From: an uncultured delta proteobacterium
GTDB taxonomy: Bacteria; Myxococcota; Myxococcia; Myxococcales; Myxococcaceae
Assembly: GCA_963771175.1 (NCBI GenBank)
Contig: CAVYSY010000038.1
Location: 256,001-320,000, forward strand
Length of the DNA stretch: 64,000 nt
Reading direction: 5' to 3'
Shown in pieces: positions 13,644 to 24,700 of this stretch. The position numbers and the translations under genes were made by a program. The first letter of the stretch is position 1. Each line of letters starts with the position of its first letter. Under the pieces are notes generated by a model. That model saw only the letters and a list, made by a program, of their open reading frames with translations, was not told the origin of the DNA and did no database searches.

Positions 13644-14903
13644 CTACCTCGCCGCGGGCAACCGCACCTCGAAGGTGCTGCCCTTGCGCTGCTCGGGCAC
13701 CAGCGCCACCGTGCCGCCGTGCCGCTCCACCAGCCGCCGGCACAGCGCCAGGCCCAGCCCCGTCCCGTTCGCCTTCCCCGTCACGAAGAGGTCGAAGAGC
13801 CGCTCGCGCACCTCCGGCGCCACTCCCGGCCCGTCGTCCTCCACGCGCACCCGCACCGCGTTCCCGTCCGACTCGGCCGCCAACCGCACCTCGCCCGCCC
13901 CCTGCGCCTGCGCCGCGTTCTGCAGGAGGTTGGCGAACACCTGTCTCAGCCGTCCCGCGTCCCCCTCCACCAGCGGCAGCTCCGGGAAGCTCCGCCGCAC
14001 CTTCACCGCCGGGAACGCCACCTCCGTGGCCCTCGCCGCCTCCTCCAGCACCTCGGACAAGGAAATCCGCTGCGCGGCCAGGGGTCGGTCCGCGCTCAGG
14101 TCCAGCAGGTCCTCCGTCAGCCGGCGCAGCCGCTCCACCTCGCCCAGCACGTCCTCCAGCGCCTCCTTGTCCCGCTCGGAGAGCTTCATCCCGCTGCGCT
14201 CGCGCATCAGTTCCACCGTGCCCCGGATGACGCCCAGCGGGTTGCGGATTTCGTGCGCGGCCATGGCCGCCATCTTCGTCAGTGCCTCGCCCCGGGCCGC
14301 TCGTGCCGCGGCCTCGCGCCGGGCCCGCTCGTCCCGCAGCCACCGCGCCGCCACCAGCGCGAGCGCCAGTGCACCCACCGCCGACAGCGCCACTCCGCCC
14401 CACAGCGCGCGCCGCAGCGCATCGCGAGCGCTGGAGAAGGCCCGCCCCGCCTCCATCACCAACACCGAGTCCACCCGCCCCTCGGCCCCGCGCACCGGAA
14501 AGTAACCCACCGACACCTGGAGCTCGCCCAGCGAGTAGCCCGGCCCCACTCGCGTCTCTCCCGCGAGCGCGGACTCCACTCCCGCCGGGTCCGTGCGCAG
14601 CAGGTCCACCCGACGTCTCGCCGGCCCGGTGGCGTCCGCGGGCACCGCCAGTTTCCGGTCCACCACGTACACCCCATCCAGCGCGTTGGCCCGCATCAGC
14701 GCCTCCAGCCGCTCGGACGTGGCCGGCGTGTCCCTCAACAGCAGCGCCGCGGATTCACCCGCGCCCCGCAGCCGCGCGTCCAGCGACTGCTCCAGCGCCG
14801 CGCTCCCCGCGCGATAGAGGGCCAGCGTGGCCGCGAGCGCCCCCACCAGTCCGAGGGTCGCCAGGCCCAGCGGGCCCACTGCGCGCGAGCCGGGCCGCGA
14901 CAT
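13644..14903 (-). CDS. Sensor histidine kinase
   Basis: Two TM segments; AHEIRNPL H-box, NLLQNA, DDGPG, GTGLGL. Confidence 0.95.
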   Translation of the reverse strand: MSRPGSRAVGPLGLATLGLVGALAATLALYRAGSAALEQSLDARLRGAGESAALLLRDTPATSERLEALMRANALDGVYVVDRKLAVPADATGPARRRVDLLRTDPAGVESALAGETRVGPGYSLGELQVSVGYFPVRGAEGRVDSVLVMEAGRAFSSARDALRRALWGGVALSAVGALALALVAARWLRDERARREAAARAARGEALTKMAAMAAHEIRNPLGVIRGTVELMRERSGMKLSERDKEALEDVLGEVERLRRLTEDLLDLSADRPLAAQRISLSEVLEEAARATEVAFPAVKVRRSFPELPLVEGDAGRLRQVFANLLQNAAQAQGAGEVRLAAESDGNAVRVRVEDDGPGVAPEVRERLFDLFVTGKANGTGLGLALCRRLVERHGGTVALVPEQRKGSTFEVRLPAAR

Positions 14904-16279
14904 CAGTACAGCCCCCGGGACCACACCAGTCCCAGCCCTCCGACGAAGCGACCGTAGGAGAGCTCGGCGATGTTGGAGGTCGCCCCCCGCCAGCCCACCG
15001 AGGCCAGGAGGCTCCAGTTCCTCGACACGTCCCACTCCAACGCCGCGCCGGCATCGAGGTAGTCGTCCTCGCGGCGCGCCCCCAGAGGGTTGTCGAAGTT
15101 CTCGTAGTCGCGCAGGGTGTAGCTCACATCACCCACGAAGCGCAGCCCGGGACGCAGGCGCACGCGCAGCCCGGCGCGCGGTCCGTGCTCGAGGTAGCCG
15201 AGCGCCAGGTCGTACGCCCGGAGGTGGCCGCCGGACCAGCCCGCCGAGAGCGTGAGGAGCTCGGCGGGGCTCCATTCCGCATCCAGCCGGGCCGTGTTCC
15301 TCCAACCGTCATAGCCGGTGTACGCGCTGGCCAGGAAGTCCTCGCGGCGCACGTCCCACGAGCCGTCCAGCACCACCGGGCCCACGGGCGCGCGCGCGGC
15401 CACCTGCAGCCGGAGGGCTCGCAGGTAGGGCGCCCCTCCGAGCGACAGGTAGTCGAAGCCGTACTCCGCGGTGAGCTGCGCCGCCGAGCCCAGGTGCGCC
15501 CAGCCCAGCGTGCCCCCGGCCCCGGCCAGGTCGAAGTCGTGGAAGCTCAGGTGGCCCCGGTACTGCCCGGAGACGCGCGCATAGGGGCCGCGCTGACCCC
15601 AGGGGCGCAGGCGCAGCTCGGCGAGTCCCAGGCCCACTCCATCCGCGTTCCCCGACTGCAGCCGCGTGCCGTCCGGCGCGAGGTCCACGTTGGAGTCGTA
15701 CTCGCTCCCCAGCCGCACCGAGAGCGTCACCCGCCCCTCCCGCCCGGCTCGCAGGCGCAGCTCCTCGGCGCGCCTCGCCAGCCCCGCGTCCGACGAGGCC
15801 GCCGCCGTGGTGAAGAACGCGCTGGCCTCGCTCGCGCGCCCCTCGCGCAGTGCCATCAGCCCAAGGAAGAAGGAGGCGGTGTCCGCCAGCTCCGGCTCGG
15901 CGAGGACCTGACGGAAGGAGGCCGCCGCGGCCTCGTCCTCGCCCCGCTCGAAGAGGGAGAGCCCGGAGAGCAGCGCCGCCGCCGCGTCGTCCTCGCGGGG
16001 CGCCGTGTTCTCTCGCGGAGTGGCCGGGGACTTGGAAGCAACGGGCTTCTCGCGGCAGAGCGCCTTCAGGGCCGCTCGCGCCCGGGCGTTGCCCGGTTCC
16101 CTCCGCAGTACCTCGCGCCAGGCGACGAGGGCCGTCTCCCTGTCTCCAGCGGCCTGCTCGGCCTCGGCTACCTCCACGTAGGGAGCGGCGGCGGCCGGGT
16201 CCGGCGTGGCGTCCGGCGTCACGGGACCGCAGAGGCCAGACTCGGCGAGCAGCGCGGCCACGAGCAGGCCCGCACTCAC
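14903..16279 (-). CDS. TPR protein with C-terminal outer-membrane beta-barrel
   Basis: GTG start overlapping upstream stop; TPR-like helices then EYDSNV and alternating beta strands. Confidence 0.7.
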   Translation of the reverse strand: MSAGLLVAALLAESGLCGPVTPDATPDPAAAAPYVEVAEAEQAAGDRETALVAWREVLRREPGNARARAALKALCREKPVASKSPATPRENTAPREDDAAAALLSGLSLFERGEDEAAAASFRQVLAEPELADTASFFLGLMALREGRASEASAFFTTAAASSDAGLARRAEELRLRAGREGRVTLSVRLGSEYDSNVDLAPDGTRLQSGNADGVGLGLAELRLRPWGQRGPYARVSGQYRGHLSFHDFDLAGAGGTLGWAHLGSAAQLTAEYGFDYLSLGGAPYLRALRLQVAARAPVGPVVLDGSWDVRREDFLASAYTGYDGWRNTARLDAEWSPAELLTLSAGWSGGHLRAYDLALGYLEHGPRAGLRVRLRPGLRFVGDVSYTLRDYENFDNPLGARREDDYLDAGAALEWDVSRNWSLLASVGWRGATSNIAELSYGRFVGGLGLVWSRGLY

Positions 16280-16908
16280 GGAGTCCCTCCGCCGACGAGG
16301 GGCGCGGGCAGCTCGGACAGCGCGCTCAACCCGGCGCGGGCCTCGGCGAGCCGGTAGCGGTCCTCGCGCTTCTGGGCCAGCCGCACCGCTTCCTCCAGGT
16401 AGCGCGCGGCGAGCAGCGGGCGCCTGGCCGAGCGGGCCTGGGTGGCGCGCCCGTGGTACCAGTCGATGGAGGACGGCACCGGCGCCGAGCGGAAGAGGGC
16501 GCTGATGTCCTCGCGCAGCTTGCGCACCTGCTCGCCAATGCGCGGCCCCGAGGCATCCCCCACCGCGTCGAGAAGCGTGTCCGCGCACAGGTACAGCTTC
16601 GCCTCGTAGCAGGCGAGCGCGTGGTAGTAGTCGAGCAGTGCGTCGCGCGCGTCCGGGGCGCTCTTCTGGGCGGCGGCGAAGGCCTCCAGCGCCTCCTCGG
16701 AGCGGCCGAGCTTCACCAGCGACGCGGCGATGTACCAGTCCGCCTCCCCCCCCGAGCCCAGACGCTGGGCCACCTTGAATTCCACCAGGGCGTTGGCGAA
16801 ATGGCCCTCGCGGAAGTGGCGAGCGCCCTGGAGCAGGTGGGGCGTGGAATCCGGCGGAGTGGCCGCCGTGAGTCCAAGCAGGGCGAGGCACAACGCGAGG
16901 CGCTTCAC
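16276..16908 (-). CDS. Secreted TPR-like protein
   Basis: Signal peptide (V)KRLALCLALLGLTAA; helical repeats (GARHFREGHFANALVEF). Confidence 0.7.
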   Translation of the reverse strand: MKRLALCLALLGLTAATPPDSTPHLLQGARHFREGHFANALVEFKVAQRLGSGGEADWYIAASLVKLGRSEEALEAFAAAQKSAPDARDALLDYYHALACYEAKLYLCADTLLDAVGDASGPRIGEQVRKLREDISALFRSAPVPSSIDWYHGRATQARSARRPLLAARYLEEAVRLAQKREDRYRLAEARAGLSALSELPAPLVGGGTP

Positions 16909-16921
16909 GCGAGGCCTTCTA

Positions 16922-17399
16922 TCACGGGTGGCGGAAGGGTGCCGGCTCCGACGCTCGCCCGTTCCCCGGCTTGTCGGGCTTGGGCTCCTTGCTCTTCCGC
17001 ACCGTCTCGGCTCGAGAGCGGCCCGCTGCGTCCTGCGCATCCGAGCCCACTCCCGCCGCTCCCAACGCCGCCGAGCGAGCGGCCTTGATGCTCGCCCCAG
17101 ACGAGGCCCGCTCGCTCGCGTTCGCGGCGCGCTCCGAGGCCTCACGACGGGACTTCTCGGCGGCCTCACCGCGGGTACGGGTCGCGTCGCGACGAGCACC
17201 ACCCGCGGCGGTCTCCCGGGCCGACTCGGCCACCGGGGACTCCGCCTCGGGCAGGCGGGGGCGCTGCTCCGGGAGCGTGGCCTGCACCTCGAGCGCCTGG
17301 AGGATGGCGGCCCGAGGCTCCTCACGGCGCGGCGACTCCTCGGCGGCGGCCCCGAGGGCCCACAGCGAGAATGGCGAGGAGGATGAGGGAACCGCGCAT
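16922..17399 (-). CDS. Secreted low-complexity Ala/Arg/Glu-rich protein (frameshift near 17355)
   Basis: GGAGG RBS, signal peptide MRGSLILLAILAV, continuing in ORF 16922..17287. Confidence 0.55.
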
Positions 17400-17446
17400 G
17401 ACTGCCTCCACGACGCGCCCGGGGGAGGGCTCCAACGAGGAGCCTA

Positions 17447-17460
17447 GCATTCCTCGTGCC
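17447..17460 (-). promoter_or_regulatory. Sigma-54 (-24/-12) promoter
   Basis: aGGCACgaggaatGCt: GG-N10-GC with GGCAC, about 50 bp upstream of the 17399 start. Confidence 0.65.
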
Positions 17461-17521
17461 TGACGCTGGTTCCTCGGGAGCGGGGGTGTCGGGTAGCGGC
17501 GCATGCCCCAACCGGGACACC

Positions 17522-17545
17522 CGGGTGTACCGGCTGGTACACCCG
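17522..17545. promoter_or_regulatory. Palindrome, candidate enhancer-binding-protein site
   Basis: cgggtgtacc-ggct-ggtacacccg, perfect 10-bp arms, 60-85 bp upstream of the sigma-54 motif; could also act as terminator of the 17578 gene. Confidence 0.5.
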
Positions 17546-17577
17546 TAGGGGCAAGGCCGTCGGGCACCGCGACAGGA

Positions 17578-18195
17578 CTAGGAGCTTCGCTTCGCGATGG
17601 GTTCGGCGGCCTTCAGCCGCTCCACGGTCGCCGCGTACACGGGGCCCAGCGAGTCGAAGTAGTCGCTCCAGCTCGATGTCTTGCTTTTCGACAGGTAGAG
17701 GTCCAGCGTGGGCAGCGCCGCTTCACGGTCATGGAGCACTTGCCGTAGCAGCTCGAGCTGCACATGGGGCGTGAGCGCGAAGGCATTGACCTCGTGCCCG
17801 ACCGTGATGAAGGTGCGCTCGACGGCCTCGTACTCCGCCTGCGAGCGCGAGAGGACGCCGACATGGCGCTCGCTCGAGGGTGGACCGCCCTCGCCGTAGC
17901 GATGCCCCTCGCAGCTCGTATAGGTGATGAGGCCGTGGTGCCGGGCGACGACGACGACGAGGTCGCGCACGCCCTCCTCGACGAATTGCTCGAACTGGGG
18001 GTGGAGGGGAGGCAGGATGCTCGCCGGCAGCTCACCGGCCCCACCGGCGTTGTTGATGTTGCCGTAGTCCGATTTGCGCAAGGAATACTCGACCCGGTTG
18101 GCCATGGCCCGGGGATCGTCCCACTGCTCCATGAGGTCGCGGGCCCCGTCCAAACGGTTGACGAGCCGCCTCCCTCCTCTATCGAGCTCTTTCAT
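17578..18195 (-). CDS. Hypothetical protein with TYTSCEGH motif
   Basis: Clean ORF, GGAGA RBS before ATG 18195, own candidate promoter. Confidence 0.7.
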   Translation of the reverse strand: MKELDRGGRRLVNRLDGARDLMEQWDDPRAMANRVEYSLRKSDYGNINNAGGAGELPASILPPLHPQFEQFVEEGVRDLVVVVARHHGLITYTSCEGHRYGEGGPPSSERHVGVLSRSQAEYEAVERTFITVGHEVNAFALTPHVQLELLRQVLHDREAALPTLDLYLSKSKTSSWSDYFDSLGPVYAATVERLKAAEPIAKRSS

Positions 18196-18268
18196 CGTTG
18201 TCTCCGCCAAGGCTCACGAACCGGCGCATACCAGTCGAGTGCTCACCTTACCGTGGCACAATCTCGAT

Positions 18269-18297
18269 TGTATAATCACTCTCAACAGCAGAAGCAA
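18269..18297 (-). promoter_or_regulatory. Sigma-70-like promoter
   Basis: TTGCTT-N17-TATACA in an AT-rich patch, overlapping the palindrome acaatc-tc-gattgt (18258-18271). Confidence 0.45.
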
Positions 18298-18351
18298 TAC
18301 AGCCGGTGCGGTGTCGAGCGAAGACATCCGTGAGGAAGGACGCCTCCGAAT

Positions 18352-19009
18352 TCAGGGCCGTCGAGCCAATTCCTCGAGCGCTTCGGCAACCACACCTTCC
18401 TCGATGGCCTCCATGCTCCCGGCACCGGTGATGTGGCGATGGTGCTTCGTCACCCGGAAGCCCCAACGCTGCTCGGAGGTGGGCCCGAACAACCCGACCG
18501 ACGGCAGCCGAAAGAAGTCCGCGGCGTGCAGCATGCAGGAGTCCACTCCGAGGAATGCGTCACAAATCCCCACCAGCGCCATGGCCGGCGGAATCGCAAT
18601 CCCCGAGGCGGCCAGAACCTGCTTCCCCCGGGGGATGGACTCCAGTCCGCGATCCGCCAGGTCCAGGACGAGCACGAGCCACTCAGGGTGGCGTGTGAGA
18701 AAGGCATTCAGCACACGCTTGAAGCTTTCCAACGGCCATTGCTTCGAGGGAGCCGTCTCGGTATGCACCGCGAGCACCCTGCTCCACGACGACGTGTGTT
18801 TGCTTCATCTCCGCGCGCACCGCGCGGACCTCCCGCAGCGGCAGGCCCGAGTAGAAGAGCTGCTCATCTCCCGGGGCGCCCACGACCCTCAGGCGGCCAG
18901 AGTACAGCTCGGAGAGGGCACGCACGGCCGGCAACGCCAGGAGGCGATCTCCGGTGCCGTTGACGTGGAAGACCACGGGCGCACGGGCGTTTCGAAGTGG
19001 GCCGTCCAT
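18352..19009 (-). pseudogene. Glycosyltransferase family 9 (heptosyltransferase-like), frameshifted and apparently internally deleted
   Basis: N-part GTGDRLLALPAVRAL and C-part SKQWP...DAFLGVDSCMLHAA...VGLFGPT..W lie in different frames, joined near 18790; only about 220 codons in total. Confidence 0.7.
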
Positions 19010-19020
19010 GATGCAATGGC

Positions 19021-21460
19021 TCACTCGCTCCTGATGGCGATGATGGGGTCCACGCGCGAGGCCCGGCGCGCGGGCATCCACGTGGCCAGCAGGGCGATGA
19101 TGCCCAGCAGCAGCGCGAGCGAGCCGAAGGTGAGCGGATCCCTCGTGCTCACCCCATAGAGGAGGCTCTCCATGAAGCGCGACAGGCCGAAAGCCCCGGC
19201 GAGCCCGGCGCCCACGCCCAGGGCGGCCAGCAGCGCCCCCTGGCGCATCACCAGCTTCACGACGTCCGAGGGCTGCGCGCCCAGGGCCATCCGGATGCCG
19301 AGCTCTCGCGTGCGCTGGGAGACGGTGTAGGAGATGACGCCGTAGAGGCCCGCGGTGGCGAGCACCAGGGCGATGACGGCGAAGGCTCCCAGCAGCACCA
19401 GGTTCATCCGGCGCGCCACCATGGAGCGCGAGATGATCTCCTCCATGGTGAACACCTCGGCGATGGCCAGCTCCGAGTCCACGGACTTCACCGCCGCCCG
19501 CAGCGCGGAGGCGCCGGCCGTCGAATCCACCGTCGTCCTCACCACCAGGAACACGTCCTGGAGACCAAAGGGGTTGGCCCCGGCCTGGTTGTAGGGCAGG
19601 TCGATCTCCGGGACAGGCTTCCGGTCCAACCCACCCTGGCGCACGTCGCCCACCACGCCGATGACGGTGGCGGACTGCCTCATGAACGTCAGCCGCCGGC
19701 CCACCGCTTCGCCCTGGCCGAAGTGCCGCTGGGCCAACGCCTGGTTGATGATGACCACGAGCTCCCCCTGGCCATCCTGCTCGGTGAATTCGCGCCCGGC
19801 CAGCAAGGGAATCCCCATGGCCTTGATGAGGCCCGGACTCAGGGCGCGGAACTCCGCCATTGGATCCTTCCCCGGTTCGGGCTCCGGCTCCCCCTCGACG
19901 GTGTAGCTGGTGGTGAGGGACCCTGGATGGATGGGGAGCAGCGAGGTGAGCCCCACGGACTGCACGCCGGGCTGAGAGCGCAACTGCTCCAGGACGGGCT
20001 GGAAGACGCGCTGGGGGGCCTCCGCGAGCGGGTACTTGTAGGTGGGCACCGACATGCGGGCGGTGAGCACACCGCGCGCGTCGAAGCCCGGCGCCTCGTT
20101 GAGCAGGGTGATGAAGCCACGCATCATCAGCCCGGCGCCCACCAGGAGGATGAGCGACAGGGCCAGCTCACCCACCACGAGCCCACCACGGAAGCGGTGT
20201 TGCGCCCGCGACGACGAGGCCTTCGTCCCGGACCCGCCGAGGCTGGCGCGCAGGTCGGTGCGAGTGACCTGCAGCGCCGGGAAGAGCCCGAAGAGCACCG
20301 AGCTGCCCGCGGCCACCAGCAGCAGCAGGCCGAAGACGTTGCCCCGCAGCGAGATGTCGCCGAGCAGCGGCAACGAGCGCGACACCAGGCCCTCCAGCGC
20401 ACTCACGCCCCAGGCCGCCAGGAGCGCTCCGAGCACCGCGCCCGCCAGCGACAGCACCAGGCTCTCCACGAGCATCTGCCGGATGAGGCGGGACCGGCTC
20501 GCGCCAAGCGCAGCCGGACGGCCATCTCCTTGCGGCGCGCGGCCCCCTGGGCGAGCAGGAGGTTGGCCACGTTGGCACAGGCGATGAGCAGCACGAGCAG
20601 CACCGTGCCCTGGAGGATGAGCAGCACGGGCCGCACCTTCCCCATCACCGTCTCCGTGAGCGGCACGGCCGTGGCGCTGCGCCCGGCCAGGTCGTTCGGG
20701 TAGGCCTCCTGCAGACGGGTGACGAGCTGGCGCAGCTCGGTGTTGGTGGCCTCGAGGCTCACCCCGGACTTGAGCCGGCCGATGACGTTCAGGAAGCGCG
20801 AGCCCCGGGCCTCGGCGTTCGGGCCCGTGACGGAGAGGGGGATGAACAGGTCCATCTGCGTCTGCGTGCCCGCGGGGAACTGGACCGCGGTCGGCAGCAC
20901 GCCGATGACCGTGTAGGGCAGCCCATCCAGCGTCAGGCTCTGGCCGAGCAGCGCGGGGTTCTCGCCGAAGCGCCGCTTCCAAAGCCCCTCGCTCACCACC
21001 ACCACGGGCGCGCTGCCGGGGGCATCCTCTCCCGGGGAGAAGCCACGGCCGAGCCGCGGCTCCACGCCGAGCACCTGGAAGAGATTGGCGGAGACCTCGG
21101 CGACGCGCAGCCGCTCGGTGCCCTCGCTCCGCCCAGGTTACGGCTCTTGAGGGTGTAGGTGGCGAGGCCTTCGAGGCTCTGGAGCTGCTGCGCCCAGTCC
21201 CGGACGTTGGGCCAGGAGGCGGACTCGCGCAGGTTGGGATCTCTCTGGGGCACCGTCTCGAAGAGGCGCACGAGCCGCTCCGGCTCCGCGTACGGCAGCG
21301 GGCGCAGGAGCGTGGCGTCCACCACGCTGAAGATGGCCGCGTTGGCGCCGATTCCCAGGGCCAGGCACAGCACCGCCACCGTGGTGAAGCCCGGGCTCTT
21401 GCCCAGCCTGCGCAACGCGAAGCGGACATCCCGGCTCAGGTCATCCATCCAGCTCGTCAT
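19021..21460 (-). CDS. ABC transporter permease, duplicated MacB/FtsX (ADOP-like); frameshifts near 21130 and 20515
   Basis: [63 protein letters not shown]. Confidence 0.9.
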
Positions 21461-21550
21461 TCCACGCACCCCTTGGGCAGGACCCACCATGGCCTCGGTC
21501 CTCTCCGGACATGCCGGGCAGCTCGATGGAGCAAGGCCTTCAGCAGCCTA

Positions 21551-21895
21551 CTACGTGTTGCGCTCCAGCTCCGCGCAGGTCTCGGCCGTGCCGGCGCACG
21601 GCACGGTGTCGAGCTGCCTGAGGCGCTCCAGCTCCGCGCAGGCCTCGGGCGTGCCGGCGCACGGCTCGGTGGTGCCGAGCTGCTTGTTGCGCTCCAGCTC
21701 CGCGCAGGCCTCGGGCGTGCCAGCGCACGGCTCGGTGGTGCCGAGCTGCTTGTTGCGCTCCAGCTCCGCGCAGGCCTCGGGCGTGCCGGCGCACGGCTCG
21801 GTGGTGGACTCCGACGTCACGAGCTCCTCCGGACCACAGCCCGTGGCGAGGACCGTCAATCCCAGGGTGGCAAGCAGCAGGCACGGCTTGAGCAT
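21551..21895 (-). CDS. Small lipoprotein with four Cx6C repeats
   Basis: GGAGAG RBS, lipobox LATG-C, repeats of TTEPCAGTPEACAELERNKQLG; joined to the ABC ORF in the track only through a frameshift. Confidence 0.8.
   Translation of the reverse strand: MLKPCLLLATLGLTVLATGCGPEELVTSESTTEPCAGTPEACAELERNKQLGTTEPCAGTPEACAELERNKQLGTTEPCAGTPEACAELERLRQLDTVPCAGTAETCAELERNT
21560..21806 (-). repeat. Coding tandem repeat, 63/66/66-bp period
   Basis: gcgctccagctccgcgcagg begins at 21560, 21623, 21689 and 21755. Confidence 0.9.
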
Positions 21896-21978
21896 GTGCA
21901 TCTCTCCGGTGAGGGTACGAAGGGTCTGAAGCACTATCATCCAGCAATTCAGGGAAAATTGGAATGAAAGGGGGAGTC

Positions 21979-24106
<2,128 letters not shown>

Positions 24107-24127
24107 GGTGAGCACGTGCGGCGAAGT

Positions 24128-24658
24128 CTACTCGCGGAGGAGATGGACGAGGTACTTCCGGGGGGGCGTCCACACCTGCACCTTGAGCGGCAACGGCGCG
24201 GAAGGGGCCGGGAGGGCGGGGTCGGGGGCGAGCAACACCTGGAGGCAGGACGCCTGCTCCGGGGGCGAGGAGGCCTGCAAGAAGGCCCGGGACTCGCGGC
24301 TGCACGGGCCGGTGGAGAGCTTGGAGATCACCCCCCGCGAGCGCTCCGCCGAGCCCGCGAAGCGGAACTCGAGCGTATCGCCGGGACGCAGGTGCTCGGC
24401 GGCCGTCGGCTCCAGGGAGAGCTCGAGCCCCTGACCCCGCGCGGGGGCGTCTTCCACCAGGGCGACGAACATCGGCTGGAAGTCGAGCCGTGACAGCGCG
24501 AAGCCAAGGAGCGCCATGAGGAGCAGGGGGACCAAGGTCACCAGCCGCAGCGACAGCGGACGCAGCAGGCTGATCTCCCCGAGGTGACGCACTCGGCGGT
24601 GGTTGAGCGCCTCGTACCTGAAGAGAGGCCGGCCTTGAACGGGGGGCTCGGGTTTCAT
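24128..24658 (-). CDS. Short HlyD/CvaA-like secretion accessory protein
   Basis: N-terminal LFRYEAL...LGEISL.RP plus TM segment typical of CvaA-type adaptors; directly upstream of the PCAT. Confidence 0.65.
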   Translation of the reverse strand: MKPEPPVQGRPLFRYEALNHRRVRHLGEISLLRPLSLRLVTLVPLLLMALLGFALSRLDFQPMFVALVEDAPARGQGLELSLEPTAAEHLRPGDTLEFRFAGSAERSRGVISKLSTGPCSRESRAFLQASSPPEQASCLQVLLAPDPALPAPSAPLPLKVQVWTPPRKYLVHLLRE

Positions 24659-24700
24659 GATCGTCACCAATCCGTGGGCAAGCGCCGGCCCCCCGACGGC

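Noticed and set aside
21560..21806. CRISPR array
   Set aside because: Units are contiguous, multiples of three and protein-coding; no unique spacers and no cas genes
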